Origin: an uncultured virus (IMG/VR IMGVR_UViG_2897109615_000002)
Taxonomy: Duplodnaviria > Heunggongvirae > Uroviricota > Caudoviricetes
IMG/VR virus record: IMGVR_UViG_2897109615_000002
Location: 1-64,000 of that record
Length of the DNA: 64,000 nt
Strand: one strand, 5' to 3'
Below are positions 30,708 through 41,816 of the stretch, one piece after another. Below the pieces are notes generated by a model. It searched no databases. It was not told the DNA's origin and was given only the letters and a program-made list of their open reading frames with translations. Each line of letters begins with the position of its first letter. Position 1 is the stretch's first letter. A program made the translations under genes and the position numbers.

Positions 30708-31843
30708 TAAATTCCTCCTTCATTCGTATTGATTTCAATTTTTCTTCTCATCAACTCCTCTAAAACGTCTTTTCCCTTATCAGCTGGACTGTCTTTATAA
30801 TCCAACATGTTTTCAAAATCCCACAAAACATACACACGAACATACGGCGTAAATTTTCCTGCAAGCTTCAAGATTTTTTTCTGATACTCTAGCAGTTTAC
30901 GTTGATACATCTCCTCTGTCTCATGCTCTTTCGGTGGTCTATATTTATCTAAAGCAATAAACACTTCTTCCACTCCAAGAGAAAGTAAGATATCACGGTG
31001 AAAATTTGAAATGTTGTTTGAACAGACTGCACATGTGAAATTTGCTTCACCATAAAAGTCCTGGCATTTTAAAACAGACTTTTCTGATTCGAAAATTAAG
31101 GCTTTTTTAAACCTTTCAATTGAATCTTTTGTTTTATGTAATCCATATAAATTCATCATGGTCTGATGATTATACAGGGTGTTCCCAACTTTTAAAGGCA
31201 TATATTTATAGCCGGCATCAACTTCCTCTTTAATAAGAGATCGTCTACGTATGCCAATCAATCTATTATTTAAGTCCCGATGTGGAATAGATATCCCTTC
31301 TGTGTGAGTTCTAAAATAGTAGCCAATTTCAAAGTCATTTAATGTTTGCATGCTTATCCCCTCGTCCAACCACATTTGATGAGGATAAGGCATAAATACA
31401 TCTAAAACAGTCTCATTGAAGCTGGGAAGTTCAATATCTATCTTTTTCCTCTTTTTGAACTTCCCCATCCATTCCCAGTCATCAATTAAATCATTGTTCG
31501 TGAATGTCTCTCTATTACCAAAACCAAATGTTCTCCCAGCTAGTCTTGCAACATACTCAATGGCTTGATTGAAAGGTATATTGATCCCTTTTTGTCTTTT
31601 TGCTCGTATTACAAGCTCAAAGACATCGAATGTGTCTCCACATTCTGTATAGCAATGAAATTGCTTTGCTTCGTGGTAATAATACAGTTTGTAGCTTCCA
31701 CCAGAAGCGTTATGGCAAACGGTTCTGTATATTGGGTTTCCTTGTTGATCCCATTGATTATTTTCGCTACCCAATTCTTTTAATATTTTATGTATATCCT
31801 CAAGCGTAAGACTTTCTTTTATTCTGTCCTTGTCATATTTCAA
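30707..31843 (-). CDS. yorJ: DNA primase
   Basis: Zn-binding CH...CYTEC; TOPRIM (FESEK, ALD, DSPAD). Confidence 0.85.
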   Translation of the reverse strand: MKYDKDRIKESLTLEDIHKILKELGSENNQWDQQGNPIYRTVCHNASGGSYKLYYYHEAKQFHCYTECGDTFDVFELVIRAKRQKGINIPFNQAIEYVARLAGRTFGFGNRETFTNNDLIDDWEWMGKFKKRKKIDIELPSFNETVLDVFMPYPHQMWLDEGISMQTLNDFEIGYYFRTHTEGISIPHRDLNNRLIGIRRRSLIKEEVDAGYKYMPLKVGNTLYNHQTMMNLYGLHKTKDSIERFKKALIFESEKSVLKCQDFYGEANFTCAVCSNNISNFHRDILLSLGVEEVFIALDKYRPPKEHETEEMYQRKLLEYQKKILKLAGKFTPYVRVYVLWDFENMLDYKDSPADKGKDVLEELMRRKIEINTNEGGI

Positions 31844-31858
31844 AGGGTGCTACACCCC

Positions 31859-33376
31859 TTATCCTGCTTTAATATTCAATTTTTCAACTGTAATTAATTC
31901 GTTATCAATATTTGTTGTGAAACAATCTTCCGTTCTCATGATATCCATGTTTATGTATGTAAAAATCTTCAGCTTATCATGCTTATTCCCACGATTCTTA
32001 AATACATGGACAACAAAGTTAGGTGTCTTGTGCCCAAAGCCATTTTTCATTATGTCTGCAGCAGCTTCCTTCTCTTTTTTGCTTAATGGAAGAATGATCA
32101 TCGCTACGTCAGTTTTATCTGCAATAGCCTTACTTCCTCTTAAATAATTAGCATCAATTTGCAGACCTTTTAGCCAAGCGTCCTTCCATTCACCGTTCAG
32201 CTGCGTTGCACTCATCATAAAAACATCATATTTATTACATAAGGCCTTTAACTTATCGGCCATGAGCAGTAAAATTTGGTCTTCTCTTAAGCTTATTCCA
32301 CTGTTTCTACTCATTTCTGAAAAAATGGTTACAGAGGAATGGATATAATCAAAATAAATATACCCGACATTGTGTTTTCTAACGTTCTTCTCAATAGTCT
32401 CTTCTATTTCTTTGATATTGAAATCCGGCAAATGTTCAAACCAAATAGGTGATTCCTCTAATATATCTGCCGCCTTTCTAATTCTTTCTTCTTCAGACTT
32501 TGTAGCGGAATTTCGAAGTATTTTCTCTTCTGGTACACCTGAGATATATGCTATTGCTATACTTTGCAGTTCCTCAGGTACCATTTCCGTTGAAATTACA
32601 GATGCGTTCTCTCTAAAAAGGTTATCTTCCCATTGTTTTTCTTTGATATTGTAAATTTGGGTAGCGCCTAAGAAGCAGGCATCTGCAACCATGTTTCTTG
32701 TCTTGCCTCCTCCAGTGGTACCCGATCTCAAATAGAACTTTTTCCTTCGAGATCCCCTAAAAATCGAAGTTTGAATTTCACTGTTCAAAGGTACTCCAAT
32801 ATCTGGTGAGAGCTTTAACCTATCTAAAAACTGATGAACACCCTCTCCAGCCTGAATACCCTTGCTTTGACTGTTTGTTTTGAATTTATCTTTTACTTCA
32901 ATAATCTTCATTTCGTAATGTGAAAGTATTTCTTCTATTGACTTCTTATCAAAACGTTCCTGCATAGCCTCTTGCTCTCTAGGATCAATTATTGTATGAT
33001 CGTATATCTCTCTAACGTCAAACCCTAGTCCATGCATTTCCCTGATTAAACTAAACTTTTTTAAACGGTTATAATAAAACTCAAAGTTTTCGACTTCGGC
33101 CAAATTCTGTATTGTATGAATATAATTTATACCGTCATTGTCATTGAAAACTTTATACTGAATTCCATAGTTTTTTAGATATCCATCAATCTCCACTTCA
33201 TTTATAACCTCTGTGCCTTGATTAAATAAGTTACACATTGCAGCAAAGAGAATTGAATGAAATCTTTCGGGAAAGTCGGCCTTTGATAGGTTGTATCCGT
33301 TACTTTCAGATAAGAGCGAGGGTTCCTTTAATATGCTCCCCAACACTTGTATAATTGCTTTTTTGTCTTGTAGCAA
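31859..33376 (-). CDS. yorI: DnaB-like replicative helicase
   Basis: GTTGGGKT, STEM, FDYI, ATQLN and KNR motifs. Confidence 0.92.
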   Translation of the reverse strand: MLQDKKAIIQVLGSILKEPSLLSESNGYNLSKADFPERFHSILFAAMCNLFNQGTEVINEVEIDGYLKNYGIQYKVFNDNDGINYIHTIQNLAEVENFEFYYNRLKKFSLIREMHGLGFDVREIYDHTIIDPREQEAMQERFDKKSIEEILSHYEMKIIEVKDKFKTNSQSKGIQAGEGVHQFLDRLKLSPDIGVPLNSEIQTSIFRGSRRKKFYLRSGTTGGGKTRNMVADACFLGATQIYNIKEKQWEDNLFRENASVISTEMVPEELQSIAIAYISGVPEEKILRNSATKSEEERIRKAADILEESPIWFEHLPDFNIKEIEETIEKNVRKHNVGYIYFDYIHSSVTIFSEMSRNSGISLREDQILLLMADKLKALCNKYDVFMMSATQLNGEWKDAWLKGLQIDANYLRGSKAIADKTDVAMIILPLSKKEKEAAADIMKNGFGHKTPNFVVHVFKNRGNKHDKLKIFTYINMDIMRTEDCFTTNIDNELITVEKLNIKAG

Positions 33377-33390
33377 ATGGACTCTCCTTC

Positions 33391-33861
33391 CTATAATGTT
33401 GAGATGTCAAGAAGTCCCCTTTTCTCTGGCAATCCCTTTTTTATAATTAACGTGATTTCTTCTCTTTTGTGATTTTTAGGGTCTTCAGCTGATTTTTGGA
33501 TTGCCTTTTGTTTAATGTAATGTCGCTTGGCCTCGTCATATACAAAAGGGACGATTCCAATGCCGTCACCTTCTCTTGGATGATTCTCCAGTGTTTCATA
33601 AAAGTACTTAAGCGCAAGCTCAATTCCTTTTAGCTTATAACCATAATCTTCTTGAAACTCTTTGATTTGTTTTAACATCATACCGGTCGGAGATGAAAGA
33701 CCATATAAATTGCATATATATTGAAGTAATTCTTTTCGATGGTCTGCCTCTTGTCTCCACGTGTTGAAGCACTGTTCATGGTAGTATCTTTTTTTATAAG
33801 GAATCGCTAAATCTTTATCAAATTTAGTCTCGCAATATGGACATTTGACTTGTCTTCCCAA
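33391..33861 (-). CDS. yorH: zinc-finger replication protein
   Basis: CPYC...HEQC; upstream of the helicase. Confidence 0.75.
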   Translation of the reverse strand: MGRQVKCPYCETKFDKDLAIPYKKRYYHEQCFNTWRQEADHRKELLQYICNLYGLSSPTGMMLKQIKEFQEDYGYKLKGIELALKYFYETLENHPREGDGIGIVPFVYDEAKRHYIKQKAIQKSAEDPKNHKREEITLIIKKGLPEKRGLLDISTL

Positions 33862-33900
33862 ATAATCACCCCTAATCAGGAGGAGGGAAAACCCCCCTGT

Positions 33901-34872
33901 TTATTTACTTAGAAGATCTTTTAGGTCATCCAAGATTACAGACATAACGTTTACTTGTTTGCGGCTGCATTCAGTCACTTTGACTCCCTTGCCTAAATGC
34001 TTCTCTGTAATCTCATTAACCTCTTCCAATCGTCCCTCTCCATTGAGCTTAATTCCAACTTCTTTGATTTGCTCCATCAAAGCGTCATAATCAAGCTCCT
34101 CTGAAGCATTGTTTTGTTTTTGCTCTTCATATGTAACAGCAACAATACCTTCTGCTTCTTCCTGTCTTTCAACTGCCTCGATAATGGCCTTCTCCAGGTT
34201 CTCTGCAGTGAATTCAGGAAGGTATGTGTCAATGTAATCGAATCGGCTCCGTGCAAAGTGCTCATCTGTTTCAGCCAACCAAGCGCTTGATTTGATAACC
34301 TTTCTGTCTTCATCAACACCATTGGAACTTAGATAAAGTACAATATCACTGTTATCAATAACAGGGGCCAATACACGCTTATCACCTTTAGGATAAACTT
34401 TTCCTTTTTTGTCCTCTGCAGCATGAGCGATAAAGATAACGGTAAATCCTACACCAATCAGTTTATTAATTTCTTCCCATACTTCTGTTTCATACTCTTT
34501 CCAAAGACCAAACCCATCATTTCCATCTTTAATCCGTTCTACATCATATTGCTCGCAAACATATCTAGTTGCATATTTAGCAAATGCATCTACTTCATCA
34601 ACAATAATTGTCTGATACATTTCTTTTGCCTTTTCTGCATTTTTGGTTAACTGTTTATTAACCTTCTTAAAATCCGCCCAGCTATTAATAGCCATAAATT
34701 GAACACCTGCGATGGCATTCAAACCTTTTTCAAATGGCAAGTATAAAGGTTTCTTCATTCGTGTGCTTTGTTTTGTCTTACCCAAGTTGTTAGAACCATA
34801 GATAGTAATAACTTTTCCTTCTAAACCTTTTGCGACTACTGAAACTTGAGGATTGAAAATATCGATTGCCAT
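33901..34872 (-). CDS. yorG: AAA ATPase (Sak4-like annealing protein)
   Basis: GSNNLGKT, FEKG, IIVDE and FIAH motifs. Confidence 0.85.
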   Translation of the reverse strand: MAIDIFNPQVSVVAKGLEGKVITIYGSNNLGKTKQSTRMKKPLYLPFEKGLNAIAGVQFMAINSWADFKKVNKQLTKNAEKAKEMYQTIIVDEVDAFAKYATRYVCEQYDVERIKDGNDGFGLWKEYETEVWEEINKLIGVGFTVIFIAHAAEDKKGKVYPKGDKRVLAPVIDNSDIVLYLSSNGVDEDRKVIKSSAWLAETDEHFARSRFDYIDTYLPEFTAENLEKAIIEAVERQEEAEGIVAVTYEEQKQNNASEELDYDALMEQIKEVGIKLNGEGRLEEVNEITEKHLGKGVKVTECSRKQVNVMSVILDDLKDLLSK

Positions 34873-34960
34873 TTAAACTCTCCTTTAATGATGATTTGAT
34901 GGGTGAGTCAAAGCCCACCCCAGTTATATATTTTCCTTTAAACTATTTTATTTTTATCTA

Positions 34961-35875
34961 TTAAAAAGGTAGGTCATCATCTGAAATTTCAACCGGCTTT
35001 GAAGGCTTGTTATTAGGAGCGCTTCCGCCAAACCCAGACTTTTTATTATTCTCATTGCCACCTTCATTCTTAAGCTCATCTAGGTAAATCTCTCTTTCAG
35101 TCAGCGCTTTTTTAATTGCATCTGCCTTAAAAGCATTTTTGCTATCCTCGTCATATGGATCATTGCCACCTGTAATTAGGTACTCTCTTTTCGAATTAGT
35201 AGTGATTTCTTTCTTGTCTTCGCCAAATGCTGCTGCTTTGGTCGTTACTTTTTGCTCTTTAAAGTTAATAATCTTTCCAAAAACGTTAACCGTAGACCCT
35301 TTTTCATAATTATTTTCAACGTATTGAGACCCTTCTTTTGTGACTACAAATTCGAAAGGAATTACTTTCCCACCATATAAAGGAATATAACCATTTAAAT
35401 TAACTCTGCCCGTTTCTTCACCTTTTACTTTCTCTTCGGTTACATTCTTTACAAACAGCTCAACATCAAATTCAGCTCTTGGATTGAATTCTTCATTGGC
35501 ATCTAGCCTGTTTACAAAATTAGTTGTTAATTGTGGGTATGATTTGAAAATCCCTTGGGCGTAATATTCGTTCAATCCAATCTTTCCTTGGGTAATTCTC
35601 ACTTTGTCAGCTTCATCTCTCCCATGTTCTGCAATGGACTTATATTCACTGATAATGGTTTGATAACCTTTTGCAATAGCATTGTCGGTGCCGTCGTCTT
35701 TCTTATACTTTGAAAAGCCTTTTACTGTATGCACTTCATTTGGTGCAACCTCAATATCTAGTTCAATATTTAGCCCTTTACCACTTTTCCACTCAGTGTG
35801 TTTTACCTCAGCAAGTGTCCCCTCAATAGTTACAACATTTAATGCTTCACGTAATACTGTTTTATTTTCTGCCAT
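34961..35875 (-). CDS. yorF: single-stranded DNA-binding-like protein
   Basis: Acidic DDDLPF tail; start MAENKTV. Confidence 0.75.
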   Translation of the reverse strand: MAENKTVLREALNVVTIEGTLAEVKHTEWKSGKGLNIELDIEVAPNEVHTVKGFSKYKKDDGTDNAIAKGYQTIISEYKSIAEHGRDEADKVRITQGKIGLNEYYAQGIFKSYPQLTTNFVNRLDANEEFNPRAEFDVELFVKNVTEEKVKGEETGRVNLNGYIPLYGGKVIPFEFVVTKEGSQYVENNYEKGSTVNVFGKIINFKEQKVTTKAAAFGEDKKEITTNSKREYLITGGNDPYDEDSKNAFKADAIKKALTEREIYLDELKNEGGNENNKKSGFGGSAPNNKPSKPVEISDDDLPF

Positions 35876-35897
35876 GTAAATAATCAACCTCTTTCTT

Positions 35898-36278
35898 TTA
35901 ATTATTAATTTTATTTTTATTCTTAAAATGCCTATAATGAGACTTGCTACTAAACTTACAATCCTTGATGCCAAGTAGCTTATTTAATTCTATGTATCTC
36001 TTTTTTGGAAAGTCCCAAGGTTCAGGATCACCTTTTACATTTTCAATCCTTATTACTGTTCCATGCCGGATTGTGATCTTTAAGTTTCCATATGAGTATG
36101 TTTTAGAAAAAAGACCTCTTTTAATTCCTCTTGGTTTAAATTCCTTTACCAACATCACATTCCTGGTTAACTTTCTTCTTGCTTGGTCTTCGTCAATGTC
36201 GTAATTCCTTTTGACATCATTTTTGTAGGTATGTAAGGCTTCGGCAGATACTTTCAGTATCTTTAATTCCTTTTTCAT
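35898..36278 (-). CDS. yorE: hypothetical protein
   Basis: First gene of the replication operon; synteny. Confidence 0.65.
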   Translation of the reverse strand: MKKELKILKVSAEALHTYKNDVKRNYDIDEDQARRKLTRNVMLVKEFKPRGIKRGLFSKTYSYGNLKITIRHGTVIRIENVKGDPEPWDFPKKRYIELNKLLGIKDCKFSSKSHYRHFKNKNKINN

Positions 36279-36316
36279 CTCTTTCCTCCTTTCTCTCTTT
36301 GGGATAACTTAATCTT

Positions 36317-36361
36317 ACATCACCAAAACGGATTGGTCAATAACTATTTTATTTTTATTCT
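36317..36361 (-). promoter_or_regulatory. sigma-A promoter with upstream repeated operator element
   Basis: AGAATAAAAATAAAA-TAGTTA-TTGACC-17bp-(TG)TAAGAT on the - strand. Confidence 0.7.
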
Positions 36362-36416
36362 CAAAAGTTTTAAAAAGAGTTGAGCTACTATCTGCAGCTC
36401 GACAAAGTGCTTTTAT

Positions 36417-36800
36417 TTAGCTGGAAAAGTTGCTAATCCTTTTAAGGTTGTTATCAATATGTTTTAATAAATGAAGTTTTTCATTAAAATTCGTATATTC
36501 CTCTTTAGTGATTTTCTTTGCTAATTGGTATTGACTTGAATCTAATTGAACTTTATGACCGAGTTTATCTTTAATGATTACATGCTTAACATTAAATATC
36601 CTGTATACTTCATAAAAAGAGTTGATATCTAGATCATCATATTTATTTGCGCTATTGCCACTTTCTTTAATTCTATTGCCATCAATGTCTACAGGTCGTG
36701 TATCGATTGGTTTCACAAAATCACCCAATCGAGGTCTTCTATTAAGAGTTTTAAAGTAAACCGTTTCACCGTACTCGTTTTTTGCTGTTAAGAAATTCAT
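36417..36800 (-). CDS. hypothetical protein
   Basis: 127-aa ORF, AAGGAG RBS. Confidence 0.65.
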   Translation of the reverse strand: MNFLTAKNEYGETVYFKTLNRRPRLGDFVKPIDTRPVDIDGNRIKESGNSANKYDDLDINSFYEVYRIFNVKHVIIKDKLGHKVQLDSSQYQLAKKITKEEYTNFNEKLHLLKHIDNNLKRISNFSS

Positions 36801-36991
36801 CAGTTTCTCCTTTATCGACGATATTTTTTAGAATACCTCATAAAAGAAGAGCCGCTTAAATAGCAACTCAAAATGTTTATCTTATTAGCCTCCCACTCTA
36901 ACTCCCATGACTCAGCCTCCAATAGAATTGATGGACATAATACCACTCCTTTATTAATTCAATTATACCATTTACAAAGGAGTTTGAATAA

Positions 36992-37369
36992 TCAAATAAC
37001 CTCACTCCAAGACCACATGTTCATTGTTTGCAGCGTAAACCCATCAGGAAGCTTTTTCATTTTAACATTCACATTGTATCTCTTCCCAGTAGTCTTATGG
37101 ATCACAGCAAGTTCTTCACCATCATAGAACCGCACAATTGCTTCATTAAATTCAATTGGCTGATCAACCACATAACCTTCTTTAAGCGCTCTGATATACA
37201 GATAAGGGTCTGTCTTATAAAGCTCATATAGTCTATTACCAAAGTCTTCGTGTTTATCTCTAAGTAGATTAAAATTAATCAGGGATATGTATAGTTTTTC
37301 AGATATGTTCAGCTTGTTCTTGAAATACCGGATTGCTTCATCTTGTTCTTTGGTTAAAATGTTGATCAT
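36992..37369 (-). CDS. hypothetical protein (YorC-like)
   Basis: 125-aa ORF; synteny. Confidence 0.65.
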   Translation of the reverse strand: MINILTKEQDEAIRYFKNKLNISEKLYISLINFNLLRDKHEDFGNRLYELYKTDPYLYIRALKEGYVVDQPIEFNEAIVRFYDGEELAVIHKTTGKRYNVNVKMKKLPDGFTLQTMNMWSWSEVI

Positions 37370-37426
37370 TTAATCAAGCTCCTTTAAGTATAATGTTTAA
37401 GTGTTTTTATATGGGGGAATACGTGA

Positions 37427-37678
37427 ATGGAGGTGGTTCATTTGGAAAATAATCAGAAAATAACGCTAAACTCTTCTTTCGCGTTATCCACTCTTATTGT
37501 CTTACTTATTGCATTGTTCCCGGCCTATTCCTTTTGGTTTGTCACGATATTCTTTTTAGGATTTGCACTAATATACACATTTCAAAAAAATAAGAGTAAA
37601 TCCTCAAAATTAATTGCCATTATCTCTTATCCATTGTTTGTTGTAGCATTAGTTTACAGCATAATAAACAGCATATAA
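37427..37678 (+). CDS. small three-TM membrane protein
   Basis: Hydrophobic segments; convergent with the secreted protein at a shared hairpin (37681-37702). Confidence 0.7.
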   Translation: MEVVHLENNQKITLNSSFALSTLIVLLIALFPAYSFWFVTIFFLGFALIYTFQKNKSKSSKLIAIISYPLFVVALVYSIINSI

Positions 37679-37709
37679 GAATCCTCCCTTAGGTGGGAGG
37701 ATCATTTTT

Positions 37710-38234
37710 TTACATCACAGCAACTTTTGGGCCGCCTTTGTCCGTTATGATAAAGCTGTCACTTCCGATTTTTTTCTTTCGATCCTTATCTTCATAAATC
37801 GTTACATGGTGCTTTGTCATTAGAGTTGCCCCTGCCATCTTAAATTCCTGCTTATCCTTAAAGTAAACAATTTTATATTCGCCTAGAATAATCATGTTAG
37901 CTAGTCCAGCTAAATAAGAAGACCATCCCCCTGTAGGCAAATTTAATGCAAATCCTAATGTTTGAACGACTGCAGCAGTTGAATACTTGTCAAACTTGGT
38001 ATCGCCGTATGTAGTTCCGGCATCTTGCCAATCATCTGCAGTTGTCGAAAAATCTGGGCTCTTAATATTTGAGGCGGTCTTAAGTACATTGATTGGTTGG
38101 TGGTAATTATTGCTTTCAGTATCTTTCCTACTTTGATTTAGCTCTTTTGCATTTACTCCTGCCCCAAAATCACAAAGCAAACCACTTACGAGTAAAGTTC
38201 CAACAACTCCAATTTTACCAATGTTGTTTTTCAC
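37710..38234 (-). CDS. secreted protein
   Basis: GTG start after GAGGAGG; signal peptide ending VNA; Gly/Ala-rich hydrophobic hairpin. Confidence 0.7.
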   Translation of the reverse strand: MKNNIGKIGVVGTLLVSGLLCDFGAGVNAKELNQSRKDTESNNYHQPINVLKTASNIKSPDFSTTADDWQDAGTTYGDTKFDKYSTAAVVQTLGFALNLPTGGWSSYLAGLANMIILGEYKIVYFKDKQEFKMAGATLMTKHHVTIYEDKDRKKKIGSDSFIITDKGGPKVAVM

Positions 38235-38346
38235 ACCTAATTCCTCCTCTGAGTGTTTTATTATATTACACTCAGACATTACCCCAAAAATATCCATATA
38301 AACCACTTTCTATTTAATTTGTTTTCTTTTAAAACTACAGTTTTAT

Positions 38347-40089
38347 TTAGACCACAATATCTCCTTCTGCAGTCTTCAGCGTTCCACTGTCATATGTGTT
38401 ATAAATTAAGGTTGTATTCTTTGCTTTATCTGTGCAATATGGATGGGATAATAACTTTCCACCAATTCCGCGCACATCGTTTCTTACGAGACGTACCTTG
38501 TTTGTATTCTCCAAATAAACGCCATATCCTTGATCTGCTGAACGATTAAACATAATCTCATTATCCTTTAACATGTGTTCTGAACCCCCAGTTAGTTGGA
38601 TAGCGATCAATGATTTACAGAAATAAATCTGATTCTCACTAATCTGGCAACTGTATTTCTCAGGAGTGCCTTTAATTGCAACATTCCTAGGCTCATGAAT
38701 TTCATTTCGATGTAGTGAGACAGAAGAGTCTTTATCCCAAAAGATGCCGTATCCACTCCCACTTAACAACAAGTCATTTCCCTTTAAGCGAACTGACTGA
38801 GACCTTTCGCAATAAATTCCACCATATACATTAGCAAACTCATTATTAACGAGACTGACTCGGCTAGAGTCCATTATCTTTGCAGCATATGATGAGCTCG
38901 TTCCTTTTCCTTTGGTATTCACAACCTTAATATCATTTGAGTTCCTAACCTGGACTTGAACACAATCACTGTTTTCTATCCTGTTGTCCGAAATTAAAAA
39001 GTCCTCTGCTTGATGTGTTGCAATAGGGCATGCTTTTATTTTTTCAAAAGTATTATTTGATACTGTGCCACCCTTTCCTCTTACACAAATGCCCACTTCA
39101 AAGCCACTAATCGTATTACCATCAATTTGAACTCTGTTACTCGACTCCGTACTTGAAACACCTACCGAGTCAATCCCATAGGTTTTAATTTCATTCTCAT
39201 TGATGATCTTGTTATTTTTGATACTGACATCCGTGCTGTAACCATAAGAAATAACATGGTCACTGTAGTTTCCTTCAATAATTACCTTGCCGCTTGTGTG
39301 CGCTGTAACGGATCCACGTCCATTGTTTTTAAACCTGCAGTTTCGCACAGTTAATTTATACGGGTGATCGTATTTAATTCCGTTTTCTCCAAAGCCCTCT
39401 AAATCAATTCCTAATTGTGGCCCAATTGTATCTCCTCCAGCTTCCTCTATATCACAGTCATCGACAAGAAGACCTTCACAACCATTGGTAGCCATATTAT
39501 TTCTTCTTCCTCTTAAAAGCGTACACTTTTGTACAGTTGCACTGCTTGAAGGCGTATATACTCCCGAAGTGTTCATCATTCCATCGGCTGCTATCCAAAT
39601 GTTATCTCCAATACAGTCAGAGACATGCACGCCGTCAATTAATATATTGTTGCTACCATGAATATGGATACCATATCCCCATTCATGCGTTTTTTGAATT
39701 GCATTGATTTTAGAGTAATCATGTTCATATCGATCGCCAATAATTTGACCGCCACGAATCGTAACATTGCTTGCTTGGCCGATATAAAAACAGGAGTAAC
39801 CTTGAGAATCATTTGGCTGCACTTTAAATATAGCCTCTGGATGCAGTATCAACTCAATATTTGACGGTACATTAATACCTCCGCCAAATTCAGGTAACCG
39901 CTTTGCTGTATTAACAGCATCAATTAGATAGACACCTTTTGGAATATGTACTTTATAGAATGATTTTGAGCTTGCGTACTCTAAAGCTCGGTTCAATCCT
40001 TCTGTTGTTTCAATTGCATTAGACCCTTTATCATCAATTCCCCAATCCAGAGCATCAACAAAATAGTATAAGGGCTGCTGCATGTTCAT
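38347..40089 (-). CDS. yorA: right-handed beta-helix (pectate lyase-like) protein
   Basis: VHIPKGVYLI, HEWGYGI and GIDLE motifs; Asn-rich parallel beta-helix repeats. Confidence 0.85.
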   Translation of the reverse strand: MNMQQPLYYFVDALDWGIDDKGSNAIETTEGLNRALEYASSKSFYKVHIPKGVYLIDAVNTAKRLPEFGGGINVPSNIELILHPEAIFKVQPNDSQGYSCFYIGQASNVTIRGGQIIGDRYEHDYSKINAIQKTHEWGYGIHIHGSNNILIDGVHVSDCIGDNIWIAADGMMNTSGVYTPSSSATVQKCTLLRGRRNNMATNGCEGLLVDDCDIEEAGGDTIGPQLGIDLEGFGENGIKYDHPYKLTVRNCRFKNNGRGSVTAHTSGKVIIEGNYSDHVISYGYSTDVSIKNNKIINENEIKTYGIDSVGVSSTESSNRVQIDGNTISGFEVGICVRGKGGTVSNNTFEKIKACPIATHQAEDFLISDNRIENSDCVQVQVRNSNDIKVVNTKGKGTSSSYAAKIMDSSRVSLVNNEFANVYGGIYCERSQSVRLKGNDLLLSGSGYGIFWDKDSSVSLHRNEIHEPRNVAIKGTPEKYSCQISENQIYFCKSLIAIQLTGGSEHMLKDNEIMFNRSADQGYGVYLENTNKVRLVRNDVRGIGGKLLSHPYCTDKAKNTTLIYNTYDSGTLKTAEGDIVV

Positions 40090-40907
40090 GTTGTCAAACC
40101 CTTCCCTTCTACATTTTCATTGAGAAACCCTGATAGAGTGTTAATGAAGTTATAAAAGGTCTCATTTCTTGTACCAGAGCGTCCTTTCAGAGAAAAGGTG
40201 TTGAACATTGATTTGCGTAGTCCAGTGCTCAATTCCAGTTGAATGCTCTTTCCTGTTTTATTCTTATTGGTCACATTATTTGGACTGCTACCGGATAGCC
40301 TCGTCCCTTCATCAAGAAGCTCTGCAGAGTAGCCGGCATTATTTAATGTGCTTGTTATCGCTTTAGCTTTGTCTCGATCTGTGCCACCAACTAAAACATG
40401 TTCTTCATTACTTGCATAACCGTGAAGTGACAGTGTGAACTCATGTTCCTTCAACATTTCAAGTGCTTGTGGTTCATCAAAATTCGTACTGGTTAAGTGT
40501 AAATCAAATGCTCCTGGTGTCTTTAAAGCTTCAAAAAGATATGTAGAGTATGCTTCGCTTAATTCCTTTGCAAGCTCACTTGTTCCCCCTTCTATGCCAC
40601 CTCCATGGGGAGCAAGAATTAATACATCGGTGTCTTTCTCTTTTGAGAATACACTGAAATTGAACGGGGATTCATTAGCTTTAAGCTCTTCAAAGTTCCG
40701 ATACTTGTCCGCTGCTAAAATACTTACTGGATTCAGGAACGAAATCAAAGCTGTCACCAATACTGGAAAAGACTTCTTGTCTGTGATATACTTATATAGC
40801 TTCGTAACCTTGCGAAGTGTCAGGTGGAGAAGGTTAGGCCCGCCAAAGCTCGCCTTCTCTGCCCCCTTAACCTCTTTTTCTTCTATTTTGTTTTTAATCC
40901 TTAACAA
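40086..40907 (-). CDS. yoqZ: poly-gamma-glutamate hydrolase (PghP family)
   Basis: APHGGGIEGGTSE, HLTSTNFDEP, SLHG and QLELS motifs. Confidence 0.9.
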   Translation of the reverse strand: MLRIKNKIEEKEVKGAEKASFGGPNLLHLTLRKVTKLYKYITDKKSFPVLVTALISFLNPVSILAADKYRNFEELKANESPFNFSVFSKEKDTDVLILAPHGGGIEGGTSELAKELSEAYSTYLFEALKTPGAFDLHLTSTNFDEPQALEMLKEHEFTLSLHGYASNEEHVLVGGTDRDKAKAITSTLNNAGYSAELLDEGTRLSGSSPNNVTNKNKTGKSIQLELSTGLRKSMFNTFSLKGRSGTRNETFYNFINTLSGFLNENVEGKGLTT

Positions 40908-40990
40908 TTAATAACCACTCCTTTTTATTTTGTTTTATTCTTATAACTCAAATCACATAGGTAACTCACATTGTTACCACCCCCTTACTT

Positions 40991-41386
40991 TTATGCAGAC
41001 TCAATACTGACTCCTGAATCCTTTAACAATTCAATTTGTTCCGTTGGAATATCTGTTTTCACTATTCTCCACCCAACTAAGGTTTTTCCATAATAAAGAT
41101 CGGTTAGTTCTACTTCATCATTCAACTCACCTTTTAATCGAATCATTCGATCTTTATACTTTTCATGACCGATAATTTCATAGTCTTTATTATAAATTGC
41201 ATATGTTTCGTCGTCGGCTTCATTGTCTTCATATGGGGTACAAACCCACCTGCCGTCTGACAGGCTTGGGTCAGCTTTCAACCATTCATAAACCTCTTCG
41301 TCAGATTCAGCAAGCAAGTATGTAAAGATACCCCGCTCACTTCCCTTGGGTGCAAAATGCTTCAGTATAATTTCATAAAGATTCAT
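40991..41386 (-). CDS. hypothetical protein (YoqY-like)
   Basis: Start MNLYEII after GGAGG; 131 aa. Confidence 0.7.
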   Translation of the reverse strand: MNLYEIILKHFAPKGSERGIFTYLLAESDEEVYEWLKADPSLSDGRWVCTPYEDNEADDETYAIYNKDYEIIGHEKYKDRMIRLKGELNDEVELTDLYYGKTLVGWRIVKTDIPTEQIELLKDSGVSIESA

Positions 41387-41423
41387 TTTATTACCTCCCT
41401 GGATACTGGTTAAAATATCGTTT

Positions 41424-41816
41424 TTATTTAGACTCCAAAAGCTCTGGATTTTGATAGACTGTTCCGAGAAATTCAGAATCTGCCCCGCAATCGCCAAGAG
41501 ACTCATAATGACCGTTAGTATATTCTCCGTAAAATGCGGCTAAATCATTGTCGTAAACAACCTTAAATATTCTCCCCAAAGCGTCTTTTCGAATGTCCCC
41601 CTCCCAAATCTCCTGCCCGGCCTCACTTTTGTCGTTCAGCCCGGTATATTGCAAATAAATTAGATGGTGCAACGTTTTAAAATTAGGTTCGTCTTCTGTA
41701 ATGTCTGTAGCAACAATACCGCTTCCACCAAAATCAAAAACAATGTCATCTTCTTCGCCTAAATAAAGCATTCTGTCTTTGACATCGTCCCAAGCCCGAA
41801 GCTTAATCTCTCTCAT
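41424..41816 (-). CDS. YopX family protein
   Basis: MREIKLRAWD...QYTGL.DK...EIWEGDI...G..YQNPELL. Confidence 0.9.
   Translation of the reverse strand: MREIKLRAWDDVKDRMLYLGEEDDIVFDFGGSGIVATDITEDEPNFKTLHHLIYLQYTGLNDKSEAGQEIWEGDIRKDALGRIFKVVYDNDLAAFYGEYTNGHYESLGDCGADSEFLGTVYQNPELLESK

Noticed and set aside
25035..33376. Inteins in the polymerase or helicase
   Set aside because: Lengths are normal and no intein terminal or LAGLIDADG motifs were seen
40435..40911. 158-aa + strand ORF
   Set aside because: Antisense shadow of yoqZ
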